From assembly GCF_001194135.2 (NCBI RefSeq), contig NC_068987.1, positions 25,305,609 to 25,369,608 on the forward strand: a stretch of 64,000 nt of DNA. The letters run 5' to 3'. Under the pieces are notes generated by a model. The model was not told where the DNA came from, ran no database searches, and saw nothing but the letters and a program-made list of their open reading frames with translations. The stretch comes from Octopus bimaculoides (taxonomy: Eukaryota). The stretch's first letter is position 1. Every line of letters starts with the position of its first letter. This document shows positions 1 through 12,728 of the stretch, piece after piece. The position numbers and the translations under genes are program-made.

Positions 1-162
1 ACAGTGGAAGTAACGTAAACAGGTATAAAAGAAAGGAGATGAAAAAGAGGAGGAAGAGAAGTAAGCATAGTGTGAGGATTATTATAGGAGAAGAGTAAGA
101 AGAGAGAGAGAGAGAGAGACACAGACACAGAGATAGGTGAACAAAGAAGAAGAGAGAATATT

Positions 163-378
163 CTTTTCTACTCTAGACACAAGGCCCGAAATTTTGGGGG
201 AGGGGGCCAGTCGATTAGATCGACCCCAGTACGCAACTGGTACTTAATTTATCGACCCCGAAAGGCTGAAAGGCAAAGTCGACCTCAGCGGAATTTGGAC
301 TTAGAACATAAAGACAGACAAAATACCGTGAAGCATTTCACCCGGCGTGCTAACGTTTCTGTCAGCTCGCCGCCTTAT
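163..378 (-). mobile_element. tRNA-derived SINE, family A (central CCGAGGTCGACTTTGCCTTTCATCC motif), full length with tail type B
   Basis: Minus strand reads AAGGCGGCGAGCTGACAGAAACGTTAGC...GAGGTCGACTTTGCCTTTCAGCCTTTCGGGGTCGATAAATTAAGTACCAG...GGGCCTTGTGTCTAGAGTAGAAAAGAA. It is flanked by a perfect 15-bp direct repeat AGAAGAGAGAATATT (148-162 and 379-393). Confidence 0.9.
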
Positions 379-1151
379 AGAAGAGAGAATATTAGCGGTT
401 AAAAGGAGGCGGGGTAACAGAATTAGTCAGAAAGGTTCAGCTCATGAGCGTTAGGGTGTAGGTTTGATTCTTGGACGGAACGGAGCTTTGTGTTTTGGGG
501 CAAACATTTCGTTTCACATTCACTTCGTTTCAAGTTCATTTAACTGGAAGTTAACTTTGTGACGAACTCGCGTCACATTCAGAGAGTAAGTAGCCTCGTA
601 CTCTCAGTCGCATTGAACGCCTCCAAAATGCGGATAAGCTCCGATCACATGAACCTTTTTACACACACACACACATCTTTGAGTTAGGTGGGAAGGCGTA
701 GCCAAAGACCCTTTACAAAGCTTCTGAGATTCATAGGAATTCTGGAAAAAGGTATCCTGTAACCAGAGTTCTGACCCGAATGTTTGCAACAAAGTGAACT
801 GTGCTGAAGTCATCCAAGGTACGAGTGGTGGTCTTGAATCGGGCGGCCGATTGTGTCTACCAGCCCTTAGATTCGAGGCCAAAAATGGAGATAGAATATT
901 GCAGCGATCAGAGAGTGTTTGGACTCAGTAGATAAACAACTGAAAATACATACTATAAAGACTTTAGTCTCCTGCTTTACTGCTACCGACTCGCCCAGCA
1001 ATAGTCCTATTACTGACTATTCCACAACCCACAGGCAATGTTGAAAATAAACAATTAGCTACTCATATTTTTTTGCTTAGAGATGTAAAGGATTAAAACA
1101 TTAGTTCCAAACGATGTGCTGCGGATGTTTAAAAATATAATCTAAGAATTT

Positions 1152-1321
1152 AGAGGCGCAGGTGTGGTTGTGTTATTAAAGACGCTTGCTTCTCAACCAT
1201 ATGGTCTTGAGTTCAGACCTAACCCATGACACCTTGGATAAGTATTTTTTACCATAGCCCCGAACCGACCAAAACTTTGTGGGTGAATTTCGTAGACGGA
1301 AACTGAAAAAGCCCGTCGTAT
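1152..1321 (+). mobile_element. tRNA-derived SINE, family B (CORE-like motif), 5' half
   Basis: GGCGCAGGTGTGGTTGTG head, CACCTTGGATAAGT CORE-like motif and GTAGACGGAAACTGAAAAAGCCCGTCGTATA all match the better copy at 46871-47138. Confidence 0.75.
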
Positions 1322-1419
1322 AACAAAAAAGAGACATTACGCATGTGATTAGCAGCTGTCCTAAAATGTCGTCACGGTACTACCTCCCTATGTGGCACGA
1401 TGTTATTGTTAAAACGATT

Positions 1420-1890
1420 TACAATCCCACCCGCAAAAAAGACTACTGAAATAAACTTAGAAAATCCCTCTGTTATGGAATACATTCATAAACACCAACT
1501 CAAGGAATACTGGTGGAATATTCCCATCAAAACTTCTGTCAAATGTAAGCATAACTGGCTGGATACTCTTGTTTGGGACAGAGGAGCAAAGGTATGTACC
1601 ATCATGAAGATTAGCTGCCCTGTAGATATAAATATCTCTTTGAAAATCAAAGAAAAAGAGGATATCTATGGACAACTGCTTCGAAACCTCCAGCTTCTAT
1701 ATCCAGACCATGAATTCATATTCATACCAATAATAATTGGAGCACTAGGTTTTGTTAGTAAATGCTTAAAGGAGATTCTGGATTAACTGGGATTTTCAAA
1801 AAGAGAAATTGACCGGCTGATTCGTACAAGTCGAATCTGTGAGTGGAAGAGTAAAAATATGCAAGACTTTTCTCAAGTGCCAAACGTGAT
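1420..1890 (+). mobile_element. 3' fragment of a non-LTR retrotransposon, restriction-like endonuclease domain (R4/Dong/NeSL-like), pseudogenised
   Basis: ORF 1400-1786 reads EYWWNIPIKTSVKCKHNWLDTLVWD...IMKISCP...KEKEDIYGQL...FIPIIIGALGFV. This fits a decayed PD..D/E..K REL motif plus the IPxxxGALG motif. There is a premature stop at 1786, and similarity continues (LGFSKREIDRLIR...KICKTFLK) to about 1890. Confidence 0.8.
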
Positions 1891-2039
1891 CTTGTTTGTG
1901 TTAACTACACCCCAAAGATGGAGCTTTGTATCTTTGTTGGAAACCGGCCCCGCCTCAGAGGAAGATTTCTAATAATCAAAAAATTGAAGAGACATACATA
2001 CATACGCAGATACACACACACACGCACACACACACACAT

Positions 2040-2172
2040 GATGGACTTCCCACACCTTCCATCTACTAGATTCACTCTGAAGGCATTGGCCGTCCTAGAG
2101 TTATAGTTGCACGCTGTGGGACTGAACCCGAAACCATGTTGCAAAGTGAGCTTCATAACTATACAACCATTG
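2040..2172 (-). mobile_element. family B SINE head, degenerate
   Basis: GCTGTGGGACTGAACCCGAAACCATG is the reverse complement of the family B head. It abuts an (AC)n tract. Confidence 0.6.
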
Positions 2173-2240
2173 ACTGTTTTCTAAAAACTTTTAACTTTTC
2201 AAAGTCCTCCAGTAAGTTTCTTTTTAATATTCAGCCTTCT

Positions 2241-2445
2241 AAAGGTGGCGTGCTAGCAGAATCGTAAGCATGCCTGGCAAAATGCGTAATGGAATTTCGT
2301 CTATCGTTATGTTTGGGGTTCAAATTCCACCGAGGTTGATTTTGGAGTTTGTCCTTTCGGGGGTTTGTAAAATGAGTACCAGCTGATTACTGAATTTGAT
2401 GTAATCGACTTGTCCCCTTCCCCGAACTTGCTGGTTTCGAAATCG
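2241..2445 (+). mobile_element. family A SINE, older copy
   Basis: AAGGTGGCGTGCTAGCAGAATCGTAAGC head and degenerate core CCGAGGTTGATTTTGGAGTTTGTCCTTTCGGGG. Flanked by ATATTCAGCCTTCT and ATATTTAGTCTTCT. Confidence 0.8.
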
Positions 2446-2459
2446 ATATTTAGTCTTCT

Positions 2460-2675
2460 AAAGGCGGCGAGCTGGCAGTGTGGTTACGGCGCTGGGCACA
2501 ATGCTTAGCGGCATGTTGTCCGCCATTACGTTCTGAATTAAAATTCCGCCGAGGTCGACTTTGTCTTTCATCCTTTCGGGTTCGATAAAACAAATACCAG
2601 TAGAACATTGGGTTCGATGTAATCGACTCACTCCTTCCACTGAAATTGCTGGCCTTGTGCCAAAATTTGAAATTA
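2460..2675 (+). mobile_element. family A SINE, tail type C, in tandem with the previous copy
   Basis: AAGGCGGCGAGCTGGC head, core CCGAGGTCGACTTTGTCTTTCATCCTTTCGGG and tail GAAATTGCTGGCCTTGTGCCAAAATTTGAAA. Perfect 14-bp TSD ATATTTAGTCTTCT (2446-2459 and 2676-2689). Confidence 0.85.
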
Positions 2676-2869
2676 ATATTTAGTCTTCTGTGTACCTTGA
2701 AGTCGAAGGGACTGGGAATCACAAGCAAAGTCTGTCCCCTTTTGTTAAGGATGTTATTAGCAAGGACATTATTATTAGCAAGGACAGCATAGAAAATATT
2801 TAAAATATTAAAATTATGGACAACTGTGAAGTTTATTATGGTGTTGATTTAATAGACACAGTGACTGCG

Positions 2870-2988
2870 GTGGTGGTGGTGTTGGCAGCAGCAACAGCAG
2901 CAGGAGAGGTGCTAAAGGTGGTGGTGGTGGTGGTGGGGTGCTAGTGCTTTAAGTAGCCGTGGTGATATTAAGTGGTAGTAGAAAAAGA

Positions 2989-3027
<39 letters not shown>

Positions 3028-3330
3028 AAGTGGTGGTGGACGTGGTGGTAGTGTTAGCAGTAGTGGTGGTGGTGGTGGTGGTGTGGTAGCGTAGTATTAA
3101 TAGTGGTAGTAATGGTGTTGGTATTAAGTATTAATGTTAGTAGTTGTAGTAGTACTAGTATTAGTAGTAGTACTAGTAGTAGAGGCGGTGGTGGTGGTGG
3201 AGTGAATTGTACTGGTGATAGAAGTGTTGATGATAGTGATGATAGTACGGCGGTGAGGATGGTGGTAATGGTGGTGATAGTAGACATTAAGCTTGTGGCA
3301 GTTGTAATAAGGCGACGGTGTTGATAATGA
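2870..3330. repeat. compound (GGT)n/(AGT)n low-complexity microsatellite region
   Basis: Directly visible GGT/AGT triplet runs. These explain the spurious T/H/V-rich ORFs. Confidence 0.9.
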
Positions 3331-3527
3331 TGTTTGAATACATTTAAAAACAAAAATATGTCCAAAATTGTAAAGGCATGAATCATGGCACACGTGTCAA
3401 AATAAACAAAATGAAATAAGCCTACAGATAAAGAAAATATGAATAAGCCCGCAAGTTAGATGCTGTCTGCATCCAGGTAACATTGGGTCTTCTTTCTCTT
3501 TCCGCTCGTATAGATTTCTGGCTATAA

Positions 3528-3568
<41 letters not shown>

Positions 3569-4215
3569 CATATATATATATATATATATATATATCCCCC
3601 CTTCTCTCTCTCTCTAACACGTCTTCCCACCTGATATGCATGTGTTGTTATTCTTAAGACACCGACCAGGAATGGTTACATGTATTTGTATTATGCTAGT
3701 TCAGTTACCGCCAAACTATGTACTGGAGAAGATGATGTTTAAATGATGTGCTGAGAGAGTAGAAGAGGAAGAGGAGGTTATGCAATTAAGATCAGAAAAT
3801 TACACGCACGCACACGCACACATATACGTACGCGCACTCACAGGAAGAGAGGGAAGTGGGAGTAGATTAAGGAAGTAGATTAGTATATAGGCGCTCACAT
3901 ATATATAATATTGGGGGAGAAAAGAGGGAAATTGTTGAGTAAATATTGGGCTAGACGAGTTGAGTGTGTCGTTCGTTCAAATCCACTGAGTGCGATATAT
4001 TGTGTATTTTGGTATTATGCAAGTATAACACCGACTTTGCGGTCACTGATGATCTGGAAACTTCAAATTCTTGCCGCCGCCGGACTAATTTACTGGGCGG
4101 CCCTGTTTCACAGTACCTTGCATAGTACTGTATCATTTATACTAATGTACAGGTATTTGTACAGGTACCTGTATTTCATTTAATTATTTATGTACATTTA
4201 AAATTTGTTAAATTT

Positions 4216-4420
4216 AAGGCGGCGAGCTAGCAGATTCGTAAGCACGCCGGATAAAAATATTTAGCGGCATTTCGTCCGTCTTTACATTCTGAGTTTGAAT
4301 TCCGCCGAGGTCACCTTTGCATTTCATCCTTTCGGGGTCGAGCACTGAGGGTCTCGCTGTAATCGACTTACCTCCTTCCCCGAAATTGCTGACCTGGTGC
4401 CAAAATTTGAAATCGATATG
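4216..4420 (+). mobile_element. family A SINE, tail type C
   Basis: AAGGCGGCGAGCTAGCAG head, core CCGAGGTCACCTTTGCATTTCATCCTTTCGGGGTCGA and tail GAAATTGCTGACCTGGTGCCAAAATTTGAAA. Confidence 0.85.
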
Positions 4421-5242
4421 TCTGGAACATATGAACTTGAGAATAGCTCCTCTCTCTAATATACTCATGAGAGATACTGAACTTGGTTATTAAACAATAT
4501 TTGTTAAATTTAGAAGTTGTATCCATCCATGCTTTGGAAAAATCAGTAATCTGTAAAGACTCTGGAACTAAAGGCTCCGGAAAATCGGTAATGCACCCCT
4601 ACTTAATTCGGTTTACTTACTGTCACTTCTAGCAACGTTCATTCCTATCTAGTTGATACCTCTCCTCTTTAAGTTTCCATATGAGTATCATCTTCATTAC
4701 ATCTATGAGACTTAGCGTTAAACCAGCACTTCCTTCATGATCAGAGATCTTGAAAACGTTCTCTAGTGTTAATATGATAATTTCGGTGTTTTGTTTTTTC
4801 AACAATTCAAAGACATAGTCACTGGTTATATCGAATTGGTAGAGTCGTTAAGAACGTCAGATATAACGTTTCTCTGCTCTGAGTTCAAATTTGCATTTCG
4901 TTCTTTCTGGGTCAATTAAAAAAGAAATGTACCCATCCAGCAGCAATGGCATGGCAGAACTGTAAGAACATTGGGCCCGGATCCTTTGCGGTATTTGATC
5001 CGGTTCTTTGCGTTCCGAGTTCAAATGCCAACATAATCTTCGTTGTTATTGATGATGGAGGAGAAACTATGATGAAGACGTCTCAGTCCTAACTGGTTGG
5101 TCTATTTTACATACACTGTGAGCGCAGGCTTGGTTTTCGGCTAAAAAATCTGTTTTGAAACTACATACTTCCAACTACGAACCCTTCGATTGAATATCAT
5201 ATCAGTGGATTTTGGTAGAAGGAAAATTTGCAGAAACCTGTT

Positions 5243-5246
5243 ACAC

Positions 5247-5316
<70 letters not shown>

Positions 5317-6138
5317 NNNNNNNNNNNNNNNNNNNNNNNNNNNNNNNNNNNNNNNNNNNNNNNNNNNNNNNNNNNNNNNNNNNNNNNNNNNNNNNNNNNN
5401 NNNNNNNNNNNNNNNNNNNNNNNNNNNNNNNNNNNNNNNNNNNNNNNNNNNNNNNNNNNNNNNNNNNNNNNNNNNNNNNNNNNNNNNNNNNNNNNNNNNN
5501 NNNNNNNNNNNNNNNNNNNNNNNNNNNNNNNNNNNNNNNNNNNNNNNNNNNNNNNNNNNNNNNNNNNNNNNNNNNNNNNNNNNNNNNNNNNNNNNNNNNN
5601 NNNNNNNNNNNNNNNNNNNNNNNNNNNNNNNNNNNNNNNNNNNNNNNNNNNNNNNNNNNNNNNNNNNNNNNNNNNNNNNNNNNNNNNNNNNNNNNNNNNN
5701 NNNNNNNNNNNNNNNNNNNNNNNNNNNNNNNNNNNNNNNNNNNNNNNNNNNNNNNNNNNNNNNNNNNNNNNNNNNNNNNNNNNNNNNNNNNNNNNNNNNN
5801 NNNNNNNNNNNNNNNNNNNNNNNNNNNNNNNNNNNNNNNNNNNNNNNNNNNNNNNNNNNNNNNNNNNNNNNNNNNNNNNNNNNNNNNNNNNNNNNNNNNN
5901 NNNNNNNNNNNNNNNNNNNNNNNNNNNNNNNNNNNNNNNNNNNNNNNNNNNNNNNNNNNNNNNNNNNNNNNNNNNNNNNNNNNNNNNNNNNNNNNNNNNN
6001 NNNNNNNNNNNNNNNNNNNNNNNNNNNNNNNNNNNNNNNNNNNNNNNNNNNNNNNNNNNNNNNNNNNNNNNNNNNNNNNNNNNNNNNNNNNNNNNNNNNN
6101 NNNNNNNNNNNNNNNNNNNNNNNNNNNNNNNNNNNNNN

Positions 6139-6195
<57 letters not shown>

Positions 6196-6203
6196 TAGAT
6201 AGA
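5243..6203. repeat. (CA)n and (GA)n microsatellites flanking assembly gap 5317-6138
   Basis: Visible repeats either side of the N run. Confidence 0.95.
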
Positions 6204-6462
6204 CGGGTGGGGGAGTGAGAAGTGGAGAGGAAGTTTTGTTGGGAGATGAGTGCGTGTTGTGCTGTGTGTGTATGTGTGTGTGTGTGTGAGAATAGGTGAT
6301 TGAATGATTATGTATATAGAGAACTTTCTGTGTATGTGTATGTACGTGTGTGGGTTTGCGTGTGCATATATGCTTAGATATGAGTGCGTGGGTGTGTATA
6401 TATATATATATATAGATAGATAGATAGATAGATAGATATATTATGTATGTAGGACGTAGACG

Positions 6463-6632
6463 TTGATATGGCTGAGTGGTTAAGAAGCTCACTTCGCAAT
6501 TAAAAAGTCACATGTTCAATCCTATTGTGTGCTATCTTGGGCAAGCGTTTTTTTTTTTTTTTGTCATAGTTTCGGATTGACTCAAGCTTTGTGAATGAAA
6601 TTAGGCTAGATGGAAACTGCGTGGAAGCCTTC
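6463..6632 (+). mobile_element. family B SINE 5' half, degenerate
   Basis: GGCTGAGTGGTTAAGAAGCT head, ATCTTGGGCAAG CORE-like motif and CTAGATGGAAACTGCGTGGAAGCC. Confidence 0.65.
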
Positions 6633-6913
6633 TGCATGGTTTGTACTTGTAGTTTAAAGATCCTGGCTTCTCTCACCGTGTCACGTTGGGTTTTACTTGA
6701 GGGGTACGTTAAGAGTACATGTGTCTGCGGAACACTCGTCCACTTACACCAAAATACAATGGAGTTGGCAGTTCAATTAATCGGAAAATGTGGGGTGATT
6801 GTCGTCGAAAATCGCTGAGAATCCATTTTAGATGTAATGTTTGTATATAGTATATTACAAGCACACTAATATGTAAATATATAGGAATACATACATACAC
6901 CAAACTCAAAATC

Positions 6914-7234
6914 TGGCATTCCATCGGTTACAAGGACGAGAGATCCAGTTAATTCGATTAACGGAACAATCTACTCGTGAAATTAACGTGTAAGCAGTTG
7001 AGTACTCCACAGAAACGCGTAGCTTTAACATAGTTCTCAAGGAGATTCAGCGTGAAACAGAATGTGTTAAGGCTGACCCTATGAATTAAAGGTACTACTC
7101 ATTTTATCTAGCTGAGTGAACTGGAGCAACGCGAAATAAAGTGCCTTGCTGAAGTACACAACGCGCCGCCGGGAATCGAACTCACAACCTTACAGACGTG
7201 AACCAAATACCATAACCACTAAGCTACGCGCCTT
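6914..7234 (-). mobile_element. tRNA-derived SINE, family D core (GTTGCTCCAGTTCACTCAGCT) joined to the family C (RTE-like) tail
   Basis: 7100-7234 is the reverse complement of head plus CAGCAAGGCACTTTATTTCGCGTTGCTCCAGTTCACTCAGCT. 6914-7090 aligns to the tail of 21385-21771. Confidence 0.7.
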
Positions 7235-7664
7235 CACACATACACACATACACACATACATACATGCATACACATACCCCACTAGTGCAAACGTGGACGT
7301 GTGTGTGTGTGTGTATGTATGTGTATGTGTTATTATTGTTTAGTCCAGGTAAATCTTCATTGATTAAACCTATGAGCAAAAGCGTTCCACCCATGACCAT
7401 TGTGTACTTTTAAGAACACCTACTCCTTCATTACCCAGGGTATTCTGATTTTTATCTATTTAGTTTTCGAAATTTGAACTTTTAATTTGAAGCAGATTTG
7501 GCTTACTATGTCTAGCAGGTCAGACGACCACGTTGTAGTTTCCTCCTACTACAGTGTTTGCTTGTCTTTGTATGAGCACAGACATGCAAATGCATGTTTG
7601 CGCATAATATATACATATACAAACATATACATAGTCACACACATCTACAATTTACACATAACTA

Positions 7665-7800
7665 TTCCGCCGAGGTCGACTTTGCCTTTCATCCTCTCGG
7701 GGATGATAAAATAAGTACCAGTTGCGCATTGCGGTCGATCTAATTGACTGGCCTCCCCCCCCGCAAGAGTTCGGGCCTTGCGCCCAGAGTAAAAAAGAAT
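7665..7800 (+). mobile_element. family A SINE, 5'-truncated, tail type B
   Basis: TTCCGCCGAGGTCGACTTTGCCTTTCATCC...GGGCCTTGCGCCCAGAGTAAAAAAGAATA. Confidence 0.8.
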
Positions 7801-8479
7801 ATGCACATAACTATACAACATACACAAACCTATACGCATAGTTACATATGCACTCACATATACCGACACATATACACACACATACACACACATATAATTA
7901 TATACATGTTATGTACACACATATACATTTGTATTTTGTTTGTGTGAATATAAGCTTTTTGTTGCTGAATGTTTTTAGAAATAAACAGTTTGTTTCGACA
8001 TTCTCAAAATACTTCATTTAAAAAAAGTTTCTCTCTCTTTCTCTTTCTCCTTGGATATAATTGTCATGACTCCTATCTCTGGCTGCATTATACTTGTTCT
8101 TCTAAGACCACCATTTCTTCCACCGCTATTACAACATTTTCATGATGCATGATTAAGACGAATCTATGTCTTGATCATAGCCGAAGAATAATGCTGGTGA
8201 CCCCTCGACCTTTTCATTGACGGATGAGACGGTAAACTGGCCGCGTCTTTAGAGCGTCGGATAAAATGCTTTGCCAATCTTCTTTGTGATTCTCTGTACG
8301 CTAGGATCAAATGCAACTGAGGTCATAACGTGGATGATATCAGTAATCAAACCTAGTCAAATAAATATTAAATGAACTACCGTAGAGTACTCAATGTCTC
8401 CGTTATAAGCTAATAGAAGTCAGATCTCCTCCAAATCACACGTTACGGTTTGAAAGATGGAAACATACATTAGATTATG

Positions 8480-8772
8480 ACATTTAGTGAGTTTGATTCC
8501 CAGACTGGGTTGTGCTTTGTGTTCTTGAGTAAAACACTTTATTTTACGTTGCTCCAGTTCACTCAGCTATAGAAACGAGTTGCAACATCACTGGTGCCAA
8601 GCTGTAGCGGTCTTTGTCTTTCTCTCGGATAACATTGGTGGCGTGGAGAGAGAGGAGGCTGGTATGCATGGGCGACTTCTGGTCTTCCACAAACAACCTT
8701 TCCCAGATTTGTACTTCGGAGAGGAACTTTCTAGGTGCAGTCCCATGGGCATTCGTGACCGAACAGAGGTCT
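8480..8772 (+). mobile_element. SINE with family D core and a distinct tail
   Basis: TGTGTTCTTGAGTAAAACACTTTATTTTACGTTGCTCCAGTTCACTCAGCT is followed by the tail GGATAACATTGGTGGC...GGAACTTTCTAGGTGCAGTCCCATGG. Boundaries are approximate. Confidence 0.65.
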
Positions 8773-9174
8773 TTAATTTTTACTTTATCAGGGTTGGATA
8801 TCAATAAAGTAAGGACGTATGGAACAATGTGGTTTAAAATAACATCGTCTGAGGATCATACAGAATGGGCTACTGAATCTTGTCTCACTTTGATTAAGCA
8901 ACAACAGCACAAATATTCTCCACCTGGCATATTTACAATTTTCGTAAAATGCCAGACGTACAGTTAATTACTTTCAAAGAACCAAACACAAAGGAACATA
9001 TCAAAAAGACAAACGCACACATGCTCGACGCTCACATGCACACACCTACTTTTGCATATGTTCTAAATCGGTCGTTGGCCGGGTTTCATAAGTAAACTTT
9101 TCCTTCTCCCATTCACTGTCATCTAGAACCATTTTCTCTCCCGAAAAAGAATTATCTCTAATTATTGCTGTGTG

Positions 9175-9245
<71 letters not shown>

Positions 9246-9515
9246 NNNNNNNNNNNNNNNNNNNNNNNNNNNNNNNNNNNNNNNNNNNNNNNNNNNNNNN
9301 NNNNNNNNNNNNNNNNNNNNNNNNNNNNNNNNNNNNNNNNNNNNNNNNCGTATCTATTAATTTAGTGTCAGAAATGTTGGGATGCCTCGAGGTTATGATA
9401 AAAGACACTTGTAAAAATGCCACGCATTGGAATCGAACCCAATTCGTTTCCAAGGCTTCATAGTTAAGAAAGTAACTTCTTAGTTTCTCAACCATACTTG
9501 TCTCCCCCCTCTCTC

Positions 9516-9556
<41 letters not shown>

Positions 9557-10328
9557 ATATATATATATACACATACACACTCACACATACGCATATACAC
9601 AATAGAGGAACTTCAATATGTTGGAGACAAGAGGTTAAAATTGTCTATACTTCAATAAATTAACTATCTGGGTTACTTAACAGTAAATATACTGTAATGC
9701 AATTTCAAAATGCTAGACTTACCTAATTATTCGATAATTAGCATAAATGTAAATTAATTGCAATGCTGTTGCTGCTGCCACTGCTGCTGTTGTCCGTCCA
9801 CCTCCGCATTCATCGTCGATGTCTATTGTACTATTGCGATTTTAGAAATTGTTGTTGTTGTTGTTTAATCGCAAATCAACCTGTTTGAGGTCACCTATGA
9901 TGAACGGTATTCTAAACGTTACCATCTTGTGTTATTTTTTTTTTAACACAGTGTTTCTGGAACAACATCGTCCAGTGTCTTCTTTATTTGGGGTGTTATT
10001 TCTTGAAAGCTAAACAACCATCTCGAGCAAGTGCGGGCAATCTTTATCGAGAAGCAGGTCGCAACAGACATTGTTCATCATCAGACGGACAGTACTACTA
10101 GAAAGAACAACAAATTATGCATGTTGTTATCCTCGTGAAATTAGGCATGCAATTCAAGTTTTCCTTCCAGTGGAGAGGGAAATGTGGCTATTATCTCTAG
10201 CATGCTGCGTGACCACAATCTCGTTTGGCCTTGTTAATGCTGAGATATGGCATGTCATAATCGCAATTTGGTGAAGGATTTCTTATTAGTCGGCCAATTA
10301 TCTTAGCTGTTTACTTCTCCGGAATTTA

Positions 10329-10390
<62 letters not shown>

Positions 10391-11992
10391 CGTACATACA
10401 CGTACGCACATTGGACACGTGTCTGAAACGGGTAAGCGTTTAACTTCATAATTTGGTACACAATCATAATGAGGGATTGAAAGAGCATATATATTCCTTA
10501 ATGTAAGTTAGTCAGGGCAGTACCCATGGTATTTACAGCCCTCCAAGATAAGTATAATTGATCTGACTGGTGCCTTGCCATATCACCTGCAGGGGAAAAC
10601 ATGGTGGAAAGTACGATACTGGCGTATGATCTAAATTCTTGCTGCAGACTGAATTCCGCTTCATACTTTCATAGCGAGTTTACAGAGTGGTGGGGGTTGC
10701 AATGTGAATGTTGTTTTTTTTAACCCGTTCACTGTAAACTAATGTCTTTCAACCGTTTGATTCCTATTTTACTTGGCTAGATCTTCTTAGTCATTCGCTG
10801 TTTATGCACACACGAAACATTAATATCTGTCATATGTAGAGAGAGACACACACAATCAAGAATCCCAAGTACAAAAGGAGGCCATTTTCTTTGAGATTTT
10901 ATTTTCAAAATTTTTATTTAATATCACATTTATTACCAATTTTATCTATTTCAAAAGTGAAGTTAATTCTAGCAGATTTAGAAATCGGAATCGAGTGCGT
11001 CAAAAGTAGGTACTGCAACATACATACATACATACATACATAATACATACATACATACATATACATATATATATATATATACTTTATTTAAAAGCAGCAG
11101 AAATATAACAGAAAGCTGTTACTCAGAGTTTCACGTTCCTGTTCATCGGACAGTTTTGTTTCCACCTTGTTTCAACATTTATGTGCTTACTCCGGTATAT
11201 ATATATATATATATATATATANNNNNNNNNNNNNNNNNNNNNNNNNNNNNNNNNNNNNNNNNNNNNNNNNNNNNNNNNNNNNNNNNNNNNNNNNNNNNNN
11301 NNNNNNNNNNNNNNNNNNNNNNNNNNNNNNNNNNNNNNNNNNNNNNNNNNNNNNNNNNNNNNNNNNNNNNNNNNNNNNNNNNNNNNNNNNNNNNNNNNNN
11401 NNNNNNNNNNNNNNNNNNNNNNNNNNNNNNNNNNNNNNNNNNNNNNNNNNNNNNNNNNNNNNNNNNNNNNNNNNNNNNNNNNNNNNNNNNNNNNNNNNNN
11501 NNNNNNNNNNNNNNNNNNNNNNNNNNNNNNNNNNNNNNNNNNNNNNNNNNNNNNNNNNNNNNNNNNNNNNNNNNNNNNNNNNNNNNNNNNNNNNNNNNNN
11601 NNNNNNNNNNNNNNNNNNNNNNNNNNNNNNNNNNNNNNNNNNNNNNNNNNNNNNNNNNNNNNNNNNNNNNNNNNNNNNNNNNNNNNNNNNNNNNNNNNNN
11701 NNNNNNNNNNNNNNNNNNNNNNNNNNNNNNNNNNNNNNNNNNNNNNNNNNNNNNNNNNNNNNNNNNNNNNNNNNNNNNNNNNNNNNNNNNNNNNNNNNNN
11801 NNNNNNNNNNNNNNNNNNNNNNNNNNNNNNNNNNNNNNNNNNNNNNNNNNNNNNNNNNNNNNNNNNNNNNNNNNNNNNNNNNNNNNNNNNNNNNNNNNNN
11901 NNNNNNNNNNNNNNNNNNNNNNNNNNNNNNNNNNNNNNNNNNNNNNNNNNNNNNNNNNNNNNNNNNNNNNNNNNNNNNNNNNNNNNNNNNNN

Positions 11993-12037
<45 letters not shown>

Positions 12038-12683
12038 CATTGTACTTTCTGCTACTTGAGCCAACGCCCGCCATCACTGTAGCTGTTGCCGCAAACGTCA
12101 AGCCTTGACGTTGATATTAAGTTTCTGTGTCGGTTTTAAGTGGGTCTTAAGAGAGTTGCGTTGCTTATACGGGGAGTACAGCAATGTTTGTATAGAGGAG
12201 AGATACGTCATAGGCGAGTGCATCTAGATGTTGTTACATGCATACATACATACATGCATGCATACATACATACATGCATGCATACATACATACATACATA
12301 CATACATACATACAGACAGACAGACCAACTGGTGCTCACTCACACCAACCTGTGTAAATGTGAACACTATATATATATATATANNNNNNNNNNNNNNNNN
12401 NNNNNNNNNNNNNNNNNNNNNNNNNNNNNNNNNNNNNNNNNNNNNNNNNNNNNNNNNNNNNNNNNNNNNNNNNNNNNNNNNNNNNNNNNNNNNNNNNNNN
12501 NNNNNNNNNNNNNNNNNNNNNNNNNNNNNNNNNNNNNNNNNNNNNNNNNNNNNNNNNNNNNNNNNNNNNNNNNNNNNNNNNNNNNNNNNNNNNNNNNNNN
12601 NNNNNNNNNNNNNNNNNNNNNNNNNNNNNNNNNNNNNNNNNNNNNNNNNNNNNNNNNNNNNNNNNNNNNNNNNNNNNNNNNNN

Positions 12684-12728
<45 letters not shown>

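Noticed and set aside
604-1050. Short ORFs in non-repetitive sequence near the window start
   Set aside because: No recognisable motif, and candidate splice sites lead into stops in all frames.
10010-10100. Minus-strand strong acceptor followed by short open frames (YCPSDDEQCLLRPASR*)
   Set aside because: No good donor, no homology and only short frames.
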